Shown here: piece by piece, positions 27,595 through 32,906 of the stretch | Numbering within the stretch: the first letter of the stretch is position 1 | How the letters are laid out: every line of letters begins with the position of its first letter | From: Candidatus Methanoxibalbensis ujae | GTDB taxonomy: Archaea > Halobacteriota > Syntropharchaeia > Alkanophagales > Methanospirareceae | Length of the DNA: 32,906 bases | NCBI GenBank assembly: GCA_026134085.1 | Contig: JAOQIN010000019.1 | Location: 1 to 32,906 of the forward strand | Direction: 5' to 3' | The notes under the pieces: model-generated | Databases searched by the model: none | Seen by the model: only the letters and a program-made list of their open reading frames with translations | What the model was told of the DNA's origin: nothing | Translations under genes and position numbers: made by a program

Positions 27595-30447
27595 ATGGTG
27601 ACCGAGCGATTTGCGTATTTCAAACGTTTTGAGATGGATGATCTCACCATTGACCGTGAGATTCCGAGATGCATATCAGCGTGCCCTGCGGGTTGTGATG
27701 TTAGGGGTTACATAAAGCTGATCGCTGAGCGGCGTTATGAGGATGCTTATGAGCTGATTCAGGAGAAAGTAACGCTGCCAGCTACAATCGGGCGTATCTG
27801 CTACCATCCATGTGAGATTGCGTGCAGACGTGCGTTTTACGATGAACCCGTCGCTATTGCAGCGCTCAAAAGATTTGTGGGGGACATGTATCTCAGCAGC
27901 AGGTCCAATAAGTCTCAAAAGAAGACAGAAAACATCTCTGAAGGCTCTGCAAGCAGAGCGGAAAGTGGAGCAGAAAGCGGAAAGAGGGTTGCGGTTATCG
28001 GCGCAGGACCTGCAGGTCTCACAGCAGCATACAGGCTTGCGAAAAAAGGGCATTCAGTCAGGATATTTGAGAGGTTGCCAGTTGCTGGAGGAATGCTCGT
28101 CGCTGGAATCCCTCCTTACAGGCTGCCGAGAGATGTTCTGAACGCGGAAATAGAAGATCTGTGGCGAAAAACCGATGGAAGAGTGAAGATTGAATATGGA
28201 GTTGATGTTGATGAGGAGATGTTCAGGAGGATATGCGAAGAATATGATGCTGTTTTTGTTTCTGTTGGAGCACATAGGAGCAGGGTTATGGGAATAGAGG
28301 GTGAGGATAAGGAAGGAGTTTTCAACGGTGTGGATTTTCTCAGAGATTTCAACATACGAAATATCAATCCTGTGAATGGGAAGAGGGTTGTTGTTGTTGG
28401 CGGAGGAAATGTTGCGATAGATGTTGCCCGCACCTCTCTCAGGGCTGGAGCTCGTGATGTCACAATAGTGTACAGGAGAAGCAGAGAGGAGATGCCCGCA
28501 AGAGAGGAGGAGGTGAAAGAGGCAGAGGAAGAAGGAGTGAAATTCATTTTTCTCGCAAATCCAATACGCATAATAGGAGAGAGAAGAGTTGAGAAAATAG
28601 AACTTATAAGGATGAAACTTGGAGAAAAAGATGAGAAAGGCAGAAGAAAACCTTTTCCCGTGAAGGGATCAGAGTTCATGATTGACGCTGATATATTTAT
28701 AACGGCCATAGGACAGGAATCGGATCTCAGCTTCCTGAACGGAAGTGGAGTCCCCCGTGATAAGTTCATAAAAACAGATGAAAATGGATATACAGGCGTG
28801 AAAAACATATTTGCAGGAGGTGACTGCGTGAGAGGTCCTGCGTTTGCGATAGATGCAATTGCAGATGCCAATCGTGTGGCAGAAGCAATTCACAGCATGC
28901 TGACAAGGGGGAAGATTGAAGTTTTTGACGAGAGCGTGGGGGCTGTCTTCGCGGGGACTGGTGTGGCAGGTGCGACGCCTGTGTCAGCGGTGCCTGAAGA
29001 AGCGGAGCAACACTTCCGCAACGAGCTCTGGCTTGAGGCGTCTTTTGGTGCGATTCGGAAAGAAAGCAGGCGTGAGATGCCCGTGCTCGCAGCTGACGAG
29101 CGTGTCCGCGGTTTCTCAGAGATATGCCTCGGATTAAGCGAGGAGGACGCGCTGGCTGAGTCTGATAGGTGTTTGCGCTGCCGGAGCTGCATGCTGAGCG
29201 TTGGGAGAGGGGCTGCGTTGATGGATGTTCACGCTGTTTCATATGCCGTTGAGGGTGTGGCGAGAGGCGTGAACAAGTGTGCGGAGTGTGGGGAGTGCAC
29301 TGCCATATGTCCTGTGACAGCGATTGAACCGCTTTTCAGTCCGAGAAAGATTGCGGGCATATCACTGATGGAGCAGACGAGAAAGCTGCTTGATGAGGAT
29401 GTGATATGGTTATGTGTCTCATGCGGCGTATGCAATGCAATATGCCCGTATGGTGTTGATTTCGTGGGATTCATGCAGAATCTGCGGAAATTCGCATTTC
29501 TCGCTGGAAATGTGCCGCATTATGAAAATGGAAAGGTTTCCGCTGTTGAGATAGGGAAGGGGAGTGAAGGAAAATCAGAGACAGCGGAGAGAGAGAAGAG
29601 GGAGAGCAGAGGAGAGCATATCCGATTCAAGTGGCTGCACGGTCATAATGCGAAAGTTGCAGAGGAAGGAGATGTTTATTATTTTGCAGGCTGCCTATCG
29701 CTTTTGAGCAGCATATATGCGGAGCGTGAGGAGCTGCGCCTTGAGGAAATTGCGCGTTCTGCAGTTCGTCTTCTCAACGAAGTTGGAGTTGTTCCCGCAA
29801 TCAGCATGGAGGAGCGCTGCTGCGGTCATGACATTCTGTGGGCAGGTGATGAGGAGAGATTCAAGGAGCTCATGCGTGCGAATATCGCAGCCATAAAAAA
29901 GAGCGGTGCGAAGGTCGTTGTATTCACATGCGCTGAGTGTCTGCGGACATTTGAGATAGATTACAGAAGATTTGCAGCGGAAGAGGGAATAGAGATGGGA
30001 TTCAAATGCATGCACATATCTGAATTCCTCATTGAGCGCTCAGAAGCGGTGGCAAAGAAAGCGGCGGAGAAGCGCAGTGACATCATCATCACATATCATG
30101 ATCCATGCAGATTGCGACATCTTCGCATTTATGAGCAACCGCGTGAATTGCTACGCATGATCGCTGAAGTGAGGGAGATGGAGCATCACAGGGAAAGAGG
30201 ACTCTGCTGCGGTGTTGGCTCAATGATCACATGCGGAGCAGTCGCGAGAGTTATGCAGGCACAGAGACTTGATGAGGCTGAGAGGACTGGTGCTGAGAAA
30301 TTGGTGGTCGCCTGCCCGAAATGCTGGATCCATTTTGACTGCGCTGTATCAGCGCTCGGAAGGAAAATACGCATTGAAGACTTCACAATCACAATCGCAA
30401 ATGCCCTGCTCAAAAGTGGAAACGACAGAAACTTGAGGTTGGGATAG
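27595..30447 (+). CDS. Fusion of a GltD/NfnB-like FAD/NAD(P)H oxidoreductase, a 2x[4Fe-4S] domain and two CCG domains (HdrD-like)
   Basis: CISACP..GRICYHPCEIACRR, GAGPAG, GIPPYRLP, GGGNVAID, YRRS, FAGGD, RCLRC; CAECGECTAICP and CVSCGVCNAICP; CCG motifs FAGC..CCG..CAEC and HDPC..CCG..CPKC. Confidence 0.88.
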   Translation: MVTERFAYFKRFEMDDLTIDREIPRCISACPAGCDVRGYIKLIAERRYEDAYELIQEKVTLPATIGRICYHPCEIACRRAFYDEPVAIAALKRFVGDMYLSSRSNKSQKKTENISEGSASRAESGAESGKRVAVIGAGPAGLTAAYRLAKKGHSVRIFERLPVAGGMLVAGIPPYRLPRDVLNAEIEDLWRKTDGRVKIEYGVDVDEEMFRRICEEYDAVFVSVGAHRSRVMGIEGEDKEGVFNGVDFLRDFNIRNINPVNGKRVVVVGGGNVAIDVARTSLRAGARDVTIVYRRSREEMPAREEEVKEAEEEGVKFIFLANPIRIIGERRVEKIELIRMKLGEKDEKGRRKPFPVKGSEFMIDADIFITAIGQESDLSFLNGSGVPRDKFIKTDENGYTGVKNIFAGGDCVRGPAFAIDAIADANRVAEAIHSMLTRGKIEVFDESVGAVFAGTGVAGATPVSAVPEEAEQHFRNELWLEASFGAIRKESRREMPVLAADERVRGFSEICLGLSEEDALAESDRCLRCRSCMLSVGRGAALMDVHAVSYAVEGVARGVNKCAECGECTAICPVTAIEPLFSPRKIAGISLMEQTRKLLDEDVIWLCVSCGVCNAICPYGVDFVGFMQNLRKFAFLAGNVPHYENGKVSAVEIGKGSEGKSETAEREKRESRGEHIRFKWLHGHNAKVAEEGDVYYFAGCLSLLSSIYAEREELRLEEIARSAVRLLNEVGVVPAISMEERCCGHDILWAGDEERFKELMRANIAAIKKSGAKVVVFTCAECLRTFEIDYRRFAAEEGIEMGFKCMHISEFLIERSEAVAKKAAEKRSDIIITYHDPCRLRHLRIYEQPRELLRMIAEVREMEHHRERGLCCGVGSMITCGAVARVMQAQRLDEAERTGAEKLVVACPKCWIHFDCAVSALGRKIRIEDFTITIANALLKSGNDRNLRLG

Positions 30448-30592
30448 CTTTTTAAAAGCACCCAGTAAATTCTCAGTTCTCTTTCCCTGTCACCTTAAAT
30501 CTGTCTGTCAGTATGTGCGGATAATCCATTCACCGAACAGATCGGCAGGGAACCCGGAGATGAGAGCCTATATATGTGCTATGCTCATTGTT

Positions 30593-30660
30593 GGTATGCA
30601 GGTATATAAAGTCCGAGCGTAGCGGGGATTTGGGCGAAACGAAGTGATACCCGCTTGGTT
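30593..30660 (-). repeat. Degenerate attC-like element related to 32728..32822
   Basis: Shares ATTTGGGCGA and ATACCCGCT in the same order with the 32.7-kb element; imperfect inverted repeat GCAGGTAT/ATACCCGC. Confidence 0.5.
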
Positions 30661-31470
30661 TATTCCACCTCATCACCTTTATCATCTCCAATATAAATCT
30701 CCAATATAAATGGAATCTATGTATTTACATATATTCGGACAGAAATGCCGCTCAATCGTGCTCAAAACTTGAATCTTTTCTATGTTTTTTTCTATTTTTT
30801 ATTTTTTAGCTTTGATCCAAGGTCCATATGGGATAAAGTGAAGGGATATGTCCGTGTGGTTTGTAATAAAAATATTTTCAACCTCGAAGGAAGCGTCGGG
30901 CTCAGATCGTTCGTCTTCTTTGAAATGAACTGTTAAATCTGGTCCCTTCCCCAGCAAATTGCTTGAATCCCAAAGCTTCTAATTTCCACAAAATTGCAGG
31001 TGTGTCTGTTTCATTCTCTGTCTGTTTCATTCTCAGGCACTCTGAGAAGTCTAACGGCCTTATTACGGAAGTAAACACTGATCCTTTAACTATAGTTTTT
31101 TTCGCGATTTTTAACATCCTCCGCAGTTTCCTTCCTCTTTTCAGGTATTTGTCTAAATTTAATAAATTTAAGATGACGTTCCACTGGCGAGTTCTCTTAC
31201 GGACCCTTTAAATAGATCGGCAATTGCTGAATCAACAATATCTGTATGTGATATATTCATCGCGAATTTCATCACACTCAACTATCAAACAGCATTTGCT
31301 ATTGCCGGGATTGGCAACCCCTAACTGTCCACTCCCTATAAGATTCCAGCTGAGATAAGAACCGAAACTATCTGCATTAAGATGGATGTCTCTCAGACTA
31401 TATTTTATTTTTTTATCATTTCATGTGTAAATTGAAAGTTTTATCTTTCCAATGAGGAGGATGGCCGCCG

Positions 31471-31740
31471 TTATAGTTGTGCCCTTTTGATCCTTTGAAG
31501 TGGCTTCCCTCCTTTTTCAATTGCCTCCCAAGGTTCTTCAACCATGAAGTGCTCCTCCTCCACCAGTCCATGTTCTCTACCAGGAAAACTCATCAGCTTC
31601 TATACCCACCCACTATCCCAGAAAATCCCAAGTCTAATATTTCCATATTCAGGATGAACATAATATCCAACTTTAATGTTTTTAGCTCTTACTTCTCTCG
31701 ACGCTGCATTTGAAGTTCTCTTAGAAGATATGTGCCCCAT
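31471..31740 (-). pseudogene. Small unknown ORF interrupted by an in-frame TAG
   Basis: 90 codons: MGHISS...KVGYYVHPEYGNIRLGIFWDSGWV*KLM...RIKRAQL*. TAG at 31600..31602; final TAA lies within a CTATAAC R''-like box. Confidence 0.4.
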
Positions 31741-31843
31741 CTTTTATAGTTTGACTCATGCATCAATATTTCAGCTCCGGTTCGCTTAGAAGAGCCCCAG
31801 CCACGAAGTGGCGAAGAGTTGCGAGCTCGCCCTTTTTCTCATC

Positions 31844-32239
31844 TCAATCACTCCTTAGAACAATGGTTTTGGCTATTCTATCTCCCAATCTCTGCTTTTT
31901 GATATTGCTATCGGAATTATGCCCACTAAATAAAAAACAAGTCCATCGACAATCCGAAGTCCCAACCTCTCAAATCCCCGTTTTCCTTCTTTACTCTGAT
32001 TTTGCAATGAGGGTAGCTCCAATGGTTCCTTCAAGTGCTATCATCTATGAGATGAAATAAAGAAGATGAAGTAAAGAGCCAAAAAAGATAAACAAATAAT
32101 GTGAGTGACAAAGGTCACACTCGGATCAGGAATATGCCTTAAGTACCAAACACCAAGAAATGAAAGCGAATAAAGCAAATAGAAAAGCGTTGTGATATAA
32201 GCGAGTGCTCTCACCCGCTTGATACTCCTTATCCTCCAT
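31844..32239 (-). pseudogene. RDD-family membrane protein pseudogene
   Basis: Fragments in different frames: LEGTIGATL, KIRVKKENG, LRIVDGLVFYLVGII and QRLGDRIAKTIVLR (RDD signature), with stops and frameshifts. Confidence 0.72.
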
Positions 32240-32241
32240 AC

Positions 32242-32658
32242 TCATTCTCCTTTCAAATGTGATTTCAATTTTTCAAAAACTTCTTTATTGTCGGAAGTCC
32301 TCATTCCATATTTGTGATGAAAATTCGCAAAAAGATAGATTGTCTTTTCTCCTTCTTCGGATTTGTATTTAATTCTAAGGGGTTTATTCCATGGAGCGCC
32401 TCTGTCCTCCCATCTAGTAAACACATCGTCAAATCCAAAATGAATGTCTGTAATTTTCTCAATTTCAACTTCCAACCTGAAATCTTTTTTCTCTTTCACA
32501 TCTCTTCCTGTAAATCTAATCTTCTGCTCAGTCAACTCCAGAACTCCCTCATATCTATGCAAGGGTTTCATAAAAGATGTATGTGCCTTTATCCAGTCCC
32601 AGAAGCTCCTGCTTTTTATGTCTTCCTCATACGCCATTAAAGTATTTTCCCATTTCAT
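32242..32658 (-). CDS. Hypothetical protein (138 aa), candidate gene cassette ORF
   Basis: Intact AT-rich ORF with GGAGGT RBS before ATG 32658; starts about 70 nt after the attC-like GTT. Confidence 0.75.
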   Translation of the reverse strand: MKWENTLMAYEEDIKSRSFWDWIKAHTSFMKPLHRYEGVLELTEQKIRFTGRDVKEKKDFRLEVEIEKITDIHFGFDDVFTRWEDRGAPWNKPLRIKYKSEEGEKTIYLFANFHHKYGMRTSDNKEVFEKLKSHLKGE

Positions 32659-32727
32659 TTTGATGACCTCCTTTCTCATAATAATTCATTTTTTAAATTT
32701 AATTCCTTTAGGAGGGCTCGCAATTTC

Positions 32728-32822
32728 CGATAACGGATTGCGGACATACGAATTTCGGCTTTGCCGAATTTAGGCTGCCGAATTTGGGCGATGTGAAGCG
32801 AACTGCATACCCGCTGTTAGGC
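32728..32822 (-). mobile_element. Putative integron attC recombination site (95 bp)
   Basis: Minus strand: GCCTAAC (RYYYAAC) AGCGGGTATGC ... GTATGTCCGC AATCC GTTATCG. Long imperfect inverted repeat with internal hairpin TTCGGC-AAA-GCCGAA. Confidence 0.68.
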
Positions 32823-32906
32823 GAAGCTCGCAAACTCTGATAATTTTTGCAGATAATTTTTGCAACTCAATACTGCTCTGGTAAAACATAAAAAATTGTC
32901 TGTTCT

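Noticed and set aside
30684..31034. 13-bp (30684..30711) and 16-bp (31003..31034) tandem duplications as target-site duplications
   Set aside because: They are adjacent copies with no element between them, consistent with slippage in decaying DNA.
31600..31602. In-frame TAG as pyrrolysine readthrough
   Set aside because: Neighbouring genes are clearly pseudogenised, TAG is used as a normal stop elsewhere in the window (nusA, the Hdr fusion), and no pyl genes are visible.
31775..31832. Additional attC after the RDD pseudogene
   Set aside because: Only weak resemblance (GCGAGCTCGCAAC and a short AGCCAC-GAA-GTGGC hairpin); no recognisable R' GTT box.

Overview
Archaeal chromosomal window. Gene content (archaeal RNAP/str cluster, metV-metF next to an Hdr-type fusion, DUF1724-type regulators) suggests an anaerobic Halobacteriota lineage, possibly ANME-1/Alkanophagales/Syntrophoarchaeum-like; this assignment is inference. 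Left to right: (1) a signalling cluster of two REC-containing histidine kinases, an Rcp1-like receiver, a UbiA prenyltransferase and two wHTH regulators that share an exactly identical 336-bp block; (2) an orphan type II/IV secretion ATPase; (3) tRNA-Lys(UUU) followed 5 nt later by rpoH-rpoB-rpoA1-rpoA2-rpl30e-nusA-rps12-rps7; (4) a TRAM protein, a DUF4386-like membrane protein with a flavodoxin stub, and a beta-decarboxylating dehydrogenase; (5) metV-metF plus a GltD/NfnB-like::HdrD-like fusion; (6) an AT-rich decaying region with integron attC-like sites and cassette-like genes. The standout is a 231-aa intein inserted in the conserved PN|SA decoding-centre loop of ribosomal protein uS12. 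A second 320-aa intein sits in the RNAP trigger-loop motif of RpoA'' in the same operon. RpoB is unsplit and carries a repeat-derived acidic insertion.
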